A stretch of DNA of 63,381 nt from Ionaspis alba (taxonomy: Eukaryota): contig CAXUUL010000022.1 of assembly GCA_964255285.1 (NCBI GenBank), forward strand, positions 1 through 63,381, written 5' to 3'. The notes below the pieces were generated by a model. That model was not told the origin of the DNA. It was given only the letters and a program-made list of their open reading frames with translations, and did not search any database. Below are positions 24,315-35,538 of this stretch, piece after piece (position 1 is the stretch's first letter; every line of letters starts with the position of its first letter). The translations under genes and the position numbers were made by a program.

Positions 24315-27245
24315 ATGATCTCTACCCGGCACTTTGCCCGTGCTTGTAAACTGGTAAGTCTCGTTCCTCTTCTCCGCTTTTGCTTTTCGGATTTGCGGGT
24401 TGCTGTAAATATCACTACGGCGGCGGTAACACCTGTTTTAGCGGTCTATGAAGAATTCATGAGGCAGGCTAATACTAATTCTCATGTTCTCTAGACGTCC
24501 GGGCTTCGAGTTGTACGTTTACCTTGCTATGGCAGATACACCCCTCTATCACTGTTCCACGCTATGGCCCTTCAGGATGCTCACTGCTTCATAGCTCACT
24601 CGGACCCGGACATTAGCAACAGTGACCGATGCTCCTCTTGACAAGAAGGTCGAAATGACCAATTGGGAAAAGGTATAATGCCTCGTCATCGACGTGTCGG
24701 ACAAGCATAACTGACTCCAATCCCAGGGCCACTACATCAACTACAAGTACGTCGAAGTCTTTCCCACATCCTCAAGACCCCTCAAGCTATAAGACTTCCG
24801 TTTTTGAGAAGCCAGAAGTCACGGGGAAATGATTGGCATACTGAGCAAGATCATTAGCAAGTCGTTGACTTTTTGCACAGGAAAATGTCTGAGAATCTCT
24901 CGGTTGTTCGATCACGCTTAAACCGACCCCTGACCTTCAGTGAAAAGATTCTGTACTCACACCTCGACGATCCCCACGGACAAGAGATTGAGCGTGGGAA
25001 GTCCTACTTGAAGCTTAGGCCTGACCGTGTCGCCTGCCAAGATGCAACCGCCCAGATGGCCATTCTCCAATTTATGTCAGCTGGGCTACCTGCTGTCGCT
25101 ACACCCACAACTGTTCATTGCGATCATTTGATAGAGGCACAAATTGGAGGCGAGCAGGATCTTGCAAGGGCCCAAGATATCAACAAAGAGGTATATGACT
25201 TTCTTTCGACTTCATGTGCCAAGTATGATATTGGTTTTTGGAGGCCCGGCTCTGGTATTATTCACCAGATTGTCCTGGAGAATTATGCTTTCCCTGGTGG
25301 TCTTATGATCGGAACCGATTCGCACACACCAAATGCTGGTGGCCTAGGAATGTGTGCCATCGGTGTTGGTGGTGCTGATGCGGTTGATGTGATGGCAAAC
25401 CTGCCATGGGAGTTGAAGGCTCCCAAAGTCATTGGCGTCAAGCTGACTGGAGAGCTATCTGGCTGGACTGCTCCGAAGGGTAATAACCGCAAGCATGGAT
25501 AGCTAGGTTCTCGCTTACGCTTTATTCAGATATCATCCTCAAGGTCGCTGGGATCCTTACCGTCAAGGGAGGTACGGGAGCTATCGTCGAATACCACGGG
25601 CCTGGTGTGAACTCTCTTTCCTCCACGGGTATGGGTACGATCTGCAATATGGGAGCAGAAATTGGTGCTACAACCTCGCTATTCCCCTTCAACGACCGCA
25701 TGTACGACTACCTTGCCGCTACGAAACGTACCCGAATCGGTGACTTTGCCAGATCCTATGCCGCAGAATTGAAGGAAGATGAAGGCGCACAGTACGATCA
25801 GTTAATCGAGATCAACCTGTCTGAGCTCGAACCGCATATCAACGGACCCTTCACTCCCGACTTGGCAACACCTATTTCCAAGTTCAAAGAGGCGGTGGCT
25901 CACAACAACTGGCCTGAGGAGCTCAAGGTCGGTCTTATTGGCTCCTGCACGAACTCATCCTACGAAGACATGTCTCGCGCCGCCTCGATCGCCCGTGATG
26001 CACTCGACCACGGTATCAAAGCCAAATCGCTTTTCACTGTGACTCCGGGTTCGGAACAAATCCGCGCGACCATTGAGCGTGATGGTCAGCTTGAGACTTT
26101 GGAGGAGTTTGGAGGTATGGTGCTCGCAAATGCCTGTGGTCCTTGCATTGGCCAATGGGATCGCCGAGATGTTAAGAAGGGAGAGGCAAACTCTATCATT
26201 TCGTCCTACAACCGCAACTTCACCGGTCGGAACGATGCCAACCCAGCTACGCACTCGTTCGTAACTTCTCCGGACCTTGTTGTTGCAATGACTCTAGCTG
26301 GCACTCTGAACTTTAATCCACTCACGGATCCTTTGAAGGACAAAGACGGCAAGGACTTCATGCTTTCTGCCCCAACCGGGGTCGGACTTCCAGCCAACGG
26401 CTACGACCCAGGCCGTGACACGTACCAAGCTCCCCCCAAGGACCGGGCATCTGTTTCGGTTGCCGTTTCACCCAGCAGTGACAGACTACAAATCCTCGAA
26501 CCTTTCAAGCCTTGGGATGGAAAGGATGCGATTGATATTCCGATCTTGATCAAGGCTCAAGGAAAAACCACGACTGATCACATCTCAAGTAAGAGTAGTA
26601 CATTGGCTTCCGGGGAACTCTACTAATCTTCGCGATAGTGGCTGGACCGTGGCTCAAATACCGTGGCCATCTCGACAACATTTCGAACAATATGTTGATT
26701 GGAGCTATCAATGCTGCCAATGGCGAGGCCAATAAGGTTAAGAACTTCACAACTGGTGAGTTCGACGCTGTGCCAGCTACGGCACGAGATTACAAGAAGA
26801 AGGGCATCCAATGGGTGGTTGTTGGTGATTGGAATTACGGCGAAGGAAGCTCGCGAGAACATGCCGCCCTCGAACCAAGACATCTGGGTGGTCTCGCAAT
26901 TATCACTCGAAGCTTTGCTCGGATCGTAAGAGCTTTCCATTTTGCATTTACCTGGGAAAATACCACTTACAAGATTTCTAGCATGAGACCAACTTGAAGA
27001 AGCAAGGCATGCTGCCACTCACTTTTACCGACCCGGCAGACTACGATAAGATCAATCCCGACGACAAACTCGACCTCATGTGCACCGAGCTCGCCGTAGG
27101 CCATCCAATGACGCTCAAGGTACACCCCAAGAATGGATCTCCGTGGGAAACTAAGCTCGCCCACACTTTCAATGAAGGCCAGATCGAGTGGTTCAAGAAT
27201 GGAAGCGCTCTGAACACGATGGCGAAGAACGCAGGGAAACAGTAG
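24315..27245 (+). CDS. ACO1: Mitochondrial aconitate hydratase
   Basis: [59 protein letters not shown]; 8 exons inferred (24315-24353, 24495-24512, 24595-24672, 24727-24746, 24881-25479, 25530-26588, 26639-26925, 26982-27245). Confidence 0.98.
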
Positions 27246-28341
27246 AGAATATGTGTATATGAAGTGATTCGTGGGTTCGAGTGTATCGAAGTGAGGGGAC
27301 AAGACCTAGTGTCCGTGGGAAGAGAAGAGGACAGTTGTGATGTGTCGGTCAGACCTCCAGGTGGAAGGGCCAAGTATCATCCTGTCGTGGCGCTGCGATC
27401 TCTCGTTCTCCGAGCATGCTGTTGTGCATTTCGTGTATTGTGTCGGAACCATGTATATTGTTAGTCATATCAATCGAGCGACTCTTAGAAAAATGTCTGC
27501 ATCGTGAGAGATTAAACGCATGGCTCTGATATGATCTATGGTGGTCCACCATCGAGTCCGAACGACTTCTTTGACAGCGCATGCACAAACAAAACGACCT
27601 TGCAGATAAAATGGCTAGATCCATTCGCTACGGCCACACTGTGCAGCGGTCAGTGACAGATGCATCCGCCCGTTGGCACCCTTTCAAAGCACTCTGCGCA
27701 GAACAGCCAGAAAAGCCCGAAGGACCTCGTGTCAAACTTAGAGCACAAGCAAATATACAGGAAACAGCACAAATACATCGTGGTTATCTCCCCACGAACA
27801 TTCATAGAACCCAATTTTCAAAATCCTGGAATGTTTCTTTATGTTTCACGTCTTCAAAGCTGTCATTGTAAATCGACTCGAATAGCAGTAGGTAATAAAC
27901 AGCTGCAATATTTAGTAGTCATCATGGTATCCATCTGTCGCAAAGTCTTCACTCGCGCCTTGAGGGAAGGCCTGGGGGAGAAAAATCGTTGCCCAGCATT
28001 ACTTGCACAATACGTGAGGAGAGGCCTTTCTTGAAGGGATGGTCCCATATTATACTACCTCCCCGTCTGCCGTGGCTGGAAGGGTCCTCCGGGATCCTTT
28101 GGCTGCTTGTTATGTTGAATTATCCTCGGCAACAATTTCTGTCCTGGCTCCTCAGGATGTTCTATGTGCCAAGAGATGTTGCCCCTGCCTAACAGCACCC
28201 TTTGAATGCGTACAGCCTGAACAAAAACAATGGCTTAGCCAGCATTCCCACCGTCCCGTCTGCTCTGACACTCACCCTACCAAGTCTGCGAAATTCCAGT
28301 CCCGATTCCTACCTACCAGCCTCGCGTCCCGAAGTGAACGA

Positions 28342-29096
28342 ATGGACCCCCACCACCGCAAAATCGATCTGCAATCCGCACAAGACCTCACCTATCTGCA
28401 CAACAACATCAAGAACGCCGCCGTGCAGAAACTCGATCAAGCGATTCCCCTTTCTGCCGCGCCCAAAGGAGAAGACGACGCATTCAGGCTCAAGGTCGAG
28501 GAGCTAGTGCACCAAGTACTGGCCTCCTCTCCTCTCTTGCCCGCATCCCTACCGTTGCTAGAGCGGCGCTGACGAGAATCATTGTACAACAGTACATCTC
28601 CCAAACCCTAACCCTTTCCCTCCCCTCTCTCAGCATCAACGGCCTCGACGCCTCCGCCTCCATCCTCTCCCCTCCTTCCCCCATCACGAACACGAACCAG
28701 GCCACAGCAACCGGACCGCTCGATCCCAACGATCCAAATTACGAGCCCTATGATCCGCGCCTAGCGCAAAAACTACGGACCCTGTACGCAACCCTTGAAG
28801 CCGAGACGACGCGCGTGGCGGAGTTGAGGCGCGAAGCGCCGGGGAAGGCCGCGAAGGCTCTTGTCGATGGGTTGAGGAAGACTATGGCTGCGGACGGCGA
28901 AGCGTGGGAGGGAGAGATAGAGGAAGCGAGGAGAGTGGAGGGGAAGGGGATAGGTGTGCAGGTTCCTAGGGCGGAGGAGGTGAGGGAAAGGTGGGAGGGG
29001 GCTGCGGGTGGCTTAGAGGCTTTAAGAGGGGTGACCGAGGGCGTGGCGAGGCTGGAGAGAGCAGAGAGGGTGCTTAGGGAAGTTGAGGGCTCGTAG
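28342..29096 (+). CDS. NSL1: Kinetochore MIND-complex subunit Mis14/Nsl1
   Basis: HRKIDLQS..DLTYL..N...AA..KLD..P, YEPYD.RL...L..LY..LE.ET..VAELRR..P; intron 28516-28592. Confidence 0.8.
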
Positions 29097-29357
29097 GGCG
29101 GAATTCGTCGTCATAAGACGTGGATGGTATGAGCTGGGAGGGCGTGGCATTGAATGAAGACCATGAAAGAACGGTTCATGAGCGAATATCAAGATCTCAA
29201 CACTTTTACCTTTGGTCGGCTGCTGTGGAATTAAACATACAACGCTACGGATACTGGATGGAGTCTGTTGGAAATGGCACTCTGCCGTTTGGGATTGGTG
29301 TTCAAGGACTCGAAATCTATGAGATTCAAGAACATGCCCATGTCTAATCGCATGTGT

Positions 29358-30593
29358 CTATGATGGAATTGGTGCCGGAGCACTCCCATTCGCGACCTTC
29401 CCTTCCTGAACTTCAGCTTGTCCTCCGACTGTAGGGGCTCCCTGCGGTTGAGCATGATGTGGAATCGTAGTGGTTGGCTCGTTCTGAATTGTCGTCGCTT
29501 GTTCTCCGTGTCGCTGCTGTCTCCCTTGCTGCTGCTGCGCGTCCTGTCGCTCCCACGCCGGCGGCTTAGCCCATTCTGGCTCTCTCCACGGCCCAAGGTC
29601 ACTCAGCGCGCAACCGCCTTCGCAATTGCAAGTGCCGCCGAGAATCGTGGGTAGGTTTTCTGCCGGTACTTGTGCCAACAACTCCTTCTGATACCCAGCG
29701 CCTAGGACGTGAATCTTCTGCACTGTGACAGGGTCGAGGAAGCCCTTCACCACACTGAAGACGGATGAGAAGCCCCAAGGTGCATTTACAAGGTACAGCT
29801 TGCCGAGTCGCTCTGGATAGTAGTTTTGGGACATAGCGGACGCTTCCTTGACGTAGCTGTAAACTGAGCTGACTTTCGAGAGACCAACACCTTTGAGGTC
29901 CATGATTGAACAGCAGGTCTCGAGCAGTTGGCCGGATTTACGCGAGCATGCAGGCAGACGTGGGTCCGCTAGTTTTTCGTACTCAACCGCGAGGTTCTGG
30001 AGCATGCGTTCAGCCGAGGTGATTTTATACATGGCTGCGAGATCGATCTTGCCGAGTTGCTCGATGTAGACTGGTCGCCCATCCTGTGTCGATACCGGTC
30101 AGCTGCAAGTCTGCTGTAACTCGACCGGAGATCTGTTACCTTGTCCGTTTTGTGGTAGTATTGAGGATAATATTCGAACATTTGTGGTTTCTCCTTGTAA
30201 TCAAAGTTGCGGACCAAATCATCGAGACCGAATTCTTTTCTCCATTTCTCGCAGTTGACGAACCTAGTAAAGTTTAGTCTATAAATCTCAGACATTGCGG
30301 TATGAGACTCACATCAACTTGGTGTGCTCAACATTGAACTTCCGTGCCCGGAGAAATCGTAACTACAGTTCCCAATCAGAAAGGTTGGGCCATCAGATGA
30401 GGGAGCGCACCAAAGTCAAGGTGTCGAGTCTCTCTGTGAATCCTTCTCGTTCGAGCAGAGCTCGTAGTTGGTGGACTTGCGCATCTTGCTCGGGTGTGGT
30501 ATGTCCCGGATGGCCAGATTGGCTTGTAGGAGCGGTTGTGGGGTAGTCGTAGTGATCGTACTTGGGGTCCAGTTTCAGTTCGTGAGCAGCCAT
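29358..30593 (-). CDS. SEC14: Sec14 phosphatidylinositol/phosphatidylcholine transfer protein
   Basis: [60 protein letters not shown]; three introns. Confidence 0.97.
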
Positions 30594-30945
30594 GAAGGGC
30601 AGGAAAGCGCAGCGAGCGGTGTAAAGGAATGGAAATCTGAGATCAAAAGAAAATCTATGGTATTGGACGTCTGAGGGTATGTGTTCTTCTCGAGGGTTTG
30701 TTGTTCTCAAAAGTCAGTGTTGTTCCAAACCCTGGAATTCTAAAAATGGTGGGGCCAAGGCAATTCGCATAAGGATCAACGTCACTTGCACAACACTGGC
30801 GCATACGGTCACGACTACGGTTCAGTTCAGGCGGATGACATCGATGAATGGATTAAACGATTTGCTTAGAGGATCTACATTTATATCAACCCTTCCGTGC
30901 CTTCCTGCTCTCCTACGCCAGAACTCCTGACAATACTTCAGCGAC

Positions 30946-31862
30946 TCAGCCACCTCTCCCACGGGACCCCGACGGTCGCATGAAGTTTGGATTGCCTCCT
31001 CTTCCTCCTCTGCTACCTCTGCCTGAACTGAAGCCACCGCCTCGCCCTCCTCCCCTGCTATCTCCCCAAGAGCCCCGATTTCCGAATCCGCCTCGACCTC
31101 TGGGTGCTCCTTGTCCACCTCCTCTGCCTCCACCACGACCTCCTCGCATTGGTCCTCCTCTGGACACGCCACCGGCCCTCTTGGGTTTAGGTGTACCTGT
31201 ACATATATCAGTATGGTAAGACCGCGTTCACATGCGTGTACTGGCTGACCTGGTGGAGGTTTTGGCTTCGGCAAGAATCTACGCATTTAAGTCAGCTCCA
31301 ATGCTAAAGTCCTCCGCTGCTAGATAGTTACTTCTCCAGTGGTAGTAACTTGTCTCCACCGATGTAGAACTTGTCTCCAGATTTAAAAGATGTAGCGACA
31401 ATCCCCTCTTGGGGTTTTATGGTGAAGTAGACCTGGTTTATGGGACCCAAGATCTCGTCTACCTTGCCAATGGCCGTCTACCAATATGTCAACGTTGAGC
31501 ATAATCCGGATCGTGTGATGTAGGCACTTTGTTCTCGAGATATATTGGCGCATTGAAATAGGGTATCTTTGTACTGGCCGATTCGCAGACGATTTCACCT
31601 TCGCAGGCGTGTATGAAGGAGCCCATCTCTGTGGTTCTGTTAGTGGACTCACAACAGATCGACGGATGGGTGAGCAACCAAGTACAGATGACGGAGGTCC
31701 GTATGATTGTTGGAAGCCACCACGCCCTGCTCAAGAAAGATCAGTCATAGAGCATTGGCGTAATGTTTCGGGGACTGCACCTCCTCGAGAACCAAAACCG
31801 CCTCCACCTCGACCCCCTCCAAAACCTCCGCTCCGACCTCGAGGTGCGCTGCGGAAGGACAT
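30946..31862 (-). CDS. GAR1: H/ACA snoRNP subunit Gar1
   Basis: RGG-rich N and C termini, [41 protein letters not shown]; multiple short introns. Confidence 0.95.
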
Positions 31863-31971
31863 TGTACTGGTGGATTGAGGATTTTGTGAGCCTCAGACCT
31901 GTGCGTGAAAATTAAGTATTTCGATTTCCATTCTTTCAGCCCTATACAGGTACCCGAGAATGCTCCACGTC

Positions 31972-32076
31972 TGAGTCAATATAATTTCGTGTGCAACCCT
32001 CTTATCAAGCCGTCGAGTATATAAGCAGGCTTTCTCCGATTTTATCTTTCCATGGGCTTGAGAGTGGTATGAGTCA
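31972..32076. promoter_or_regulatory. Two TGAGTCA (= TGACTCA) Gcn4/CpcA-type AP-1 sites (31972-31978, 32070-32076) flanking a TATA-like TATATAA in the GAR1/ThrRS divergent promoter
   Basis: Exact 7-mer matches; aminoacyl-tRNA synthetase genes are established cross-pathway-control targets. Confidence 0.55.
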
Positions 32077-32193
32077 GTGACATTAACTTTCCATGCTCTG
32101 AGAGATTCGAATATTTAGAGATCAGCCAAACTCGGCAATATTTGTTGACGAGCTGCCCAATTGAACATTCTAGGACTTCACTCCCCGACCACA

Positions 32194-34823
32194 ATGGATC
32201 AGAAGAATGGCGAGTCAGCAAACGCAATGAAGGCATCCAACGGGCTACCATGTCGCCCAGCCAATGGTACACAAGAATCGTCTTCTGCAGATGTACCCTA
32301 TCTCAAGAGCTCAAAAGCGTCCAAAGGCCACAAATCGTCTAATTCTCAGTCAAACGTCACTCCAGTCTCTCGGGCACAGATGGAATCCAAAAGGGCATCT
32401 TCCAACCCAAAGTCTGGAGGAGGCAAAAATGTCCACAGTTCTGAAGAGGCTGGATCATCTCCAATATCATTACCAGATTTCGTTCTAAAACGCAATGAAC
32501 TATTCGAAGAGCTCAAGAAAAAATCTGACGCCGAATTGTTGCAAAAAGAACGCCCAGAGATCAATGTTGTCCTAGATCTTGGTCTGGACAAGGACGGCAA
32601 GCCACGGCCTCTCCTGCCCGTGGCAGCCAAAGCCTGGGAATCTACCCCTGGCTCGTTCCTGCGGCACGTAGATAAGGATGTCAGTGCTGACGTGGTGATA
32701 GCTAAGGTTGATGGCAAGGTGCTATGGGATCTCGATCGTCCCCTGGAATATGGATGTCGTGTCAGCTATCTTCCATTCACTTCTGCTGAGGGCCGTAATG
32801 TCTTCTGGCATTCGAGTGCACATGTTCTTGGAGAAGCTGCCGAGTGCCATTACAATTGCCTTCTATCACATGGACCTCCGGTGGAGCAAGGGTTCTTCTA
32901 TGATATGGCAATTGCGGATGGGTATGTATTTTCCTAGAAGGCAACACACTTCCTGATTGACGAGTTGCAGGCAAGTTGTCAAAGAAGCCGATTGGCCGCC
33001 TCTCGAAAGCAAAGCCTCAAAAATCATCAAGGAGAAGCAGCAGTTCGAGCGATTGCATATTTCGATTGAAGATTTGAAGCGGATGTTTGGCTACAGCAGA
33101 TACAAAATGTACTACATCGAGAATCTACTGCCACCGGAAGGAAGTACAGTCTATAGATGTGGTACCTTGGTTGATCTGTGTCTCGGGCCTCATATCCAGA
33201 ATACTGGCAAAATAAAGGCTTTCCAGATCATGAAGGTCAGATCACTTGACACATTCTGTGGCAAACGACTTACAATCGAACCAGAACTCGTCGTGCTACT
33301 TCCGTGGAGACAAGGACGATGATACCCTACAGCGAATCTATGGTGTGGCTTTTCCTGACAAGAAACAAATGGTTGAGCATAAGAAGTTCCTTGAGGAAGC
33401 CGCAAAACGAGACCACAGGAAGATTGGCACAGATCAGGAGCTCTTCTTCTTCGATGAAATATCCCCCGGCTGTGCATTTCTGTTACCGCATGGTACTATC
33501 ATCTTCAATGCTCTACAAAAGCTCATCCGGTCCGAGTACCAGAAGAGAGGATACCAAGAGGTCCAATCGCCTAATATGTACGATGTCGACCTTTGGAAGA
33601 AGTCTGGACACTGGCAGCACTATCAGGATGACATGTTCGGGCTCGAGGTAGAGAAACGCAAGTGGGCACTGAAGCCCATGAATTGTCCAGGTCATTGTGT
33701 GATGTTTGGTCATCGGGAGCGGAGCTACAGGGAATTACCCTTGCGCATGGCAGATTTCGGAGTTTTGCACAGAAACGAAGCTTCGGGGGCGTTGAATGGG
33801 TTGACACGAGTACGGAAATTTCAGCAAGACGATACCCACATCTTCTGCACACAGGATCAAGTAAAAGCAAGCCCGATCAGAATCAAACTCCAGACTGATG
33901 ATGATAACACAGATCATACAAGAAATAGAGGGTCTCTTCGACTTCCTGAAATGTGTCTATGGACTATTCGGGTTTCCTTTCAAGCTCAAGCTATCCACAC
34001 GACCAGAGAAATACCTTGGCGACATCGAAACATGGGACGTAGCGGAATCGAAGTTGAAAGAGGCATTGGATGCATTCACAGCTAGAGGAGGTGGCCAATG
34101 GGAGCTCAACGACGGCGACGGTGCTTTCTATGGCCCTAAGATAGACATCACGATATCCGACGCCCTCAAACGAGAACACCAGTGTGCGACAATACAGCTC
34201 GACTTTCAGCTACCACAGAATTTCCAACTCGAATACATGACGGGGGAACATTCTGGGAGAACAGATCCTGGGTCGCAGCACGAGAACAAAAGCGACGACC
34301 CGGCGGCGCTTAGCAAGGCCAAAGTACCCAGCGCAGGACGTGCTAGGCCTGTCATGATACATCGAGCTATCGTTGGTAGCTTCGAGCGCTTCATGGCCAT
34401 TCTGACGGAACACTTTGCTGGAAGATGGCCGTTCTGGCTCAGTCCACGACAGGTGTTGGTGATTCCCGTCATGCCAGCGGTCAACGACTACGTCGAAGAA
34501 GTGCAGAAATTGCTGAGGGCTCAGAAAATGCATGCAGACATTGACATTAGCGGAAACACTATGCAAAAGAAGATTTTGAGAGGACAGCACCAGCTATACA
34601 ACTTCATATTCGGTAAGTTTTACTACATGCCTGGCCGGTCGTGACAGGAGAAGCTCATTGTGTATTAGTTGTTGGAGCTCAGGAACGAGAATCACGCTCT
34701 GTCAACATACGCAACAGAGACGATCGGCAGACACAAGCCAAGGGAGAGTTGGTACCACTGGGCGAGGCATTGCAGAAGCTAAAGGCATTGAAGAAGGAAA
34801 GACGGATCATCAATGCTATCTGA
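32194..34823 (+). CDS. THS1: Threonyl-tRNA synthetase (cytosolic type, divergent TGS domain)
   Basis: FWHSSAH, DLC.GPH editing motifs, [51 protein letters not shown]; four introns. Confidence 0.95.
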
Positions 34824-35538
34824 TTTCTTTTGATTGGAAGAGCCTGGTGGCGCAGAGTAGAATATCCAGCAGTGGCGCGCGTGCTTCCGCTGAAGAGAGT
34901 AATGTACAAAGCTCGTGCTTGGGGAAATGCAACATCTTGGACGATTGGCAGGACGTGTGTCGTTGCTGCCTTTTTCATTGGCCAACTAATAGAAAATATG
35001 CACGGAGGAGTATCCTTTGAATGATGTAAACAGCGCGAGCCTGCAAATCGGTTGATTTACATCCGTAGGAGGAGATCAGTATTCTCCGCAAAAGCCGACG
35101 TTTTCGTGCAGCTGGGGGTGGATGACGTCGGCGGCATCTACAGCTGTCATCCTCGCGATTCCTCCGCCCGACGCCTTGGCACGGTTGAATCCGAACAGCA
35201 TCGATGGTGTACAGCTCTTACAGTCACAATTGTTCGAAACATCTAATTTCCAGGAAGCCAACCATCTGCCTCAATCTCCGCTGTCGAGTTTGGGTCGCTC
35301 TTTGCATGCCACCAAGAGCAGCAGTTAGGGGGCGGGAAACGTCAGGATTTTGCATGACAGCCGCTTAAGCGTTGTCAAAACTCTTGTCTACCTCACGTAG
35401 TACTCCAAAGAACTCTGTCTCGTGCGGTGAACTCCTTCCTCAACTGAATATCACAACTGATTTGCATCCGAGGACAGTTGCGACTTCTGCGCAAGCGACG
35501 TCACAGTTAACAAAGGGAGAAGCAGCGATTGATACACA

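Noticed and set aside
24747..24880. Possible C/D snoRNA in the longer aconitase introns
   Set aside because: No full RTGATGA box with terminal stem and guide was found
28039..28341. 101-codon in-frame upstream extension of NSL1
   Set aside because: Family-like sequence begins at MDPHHRKIDLQS; the extension looks non-coding
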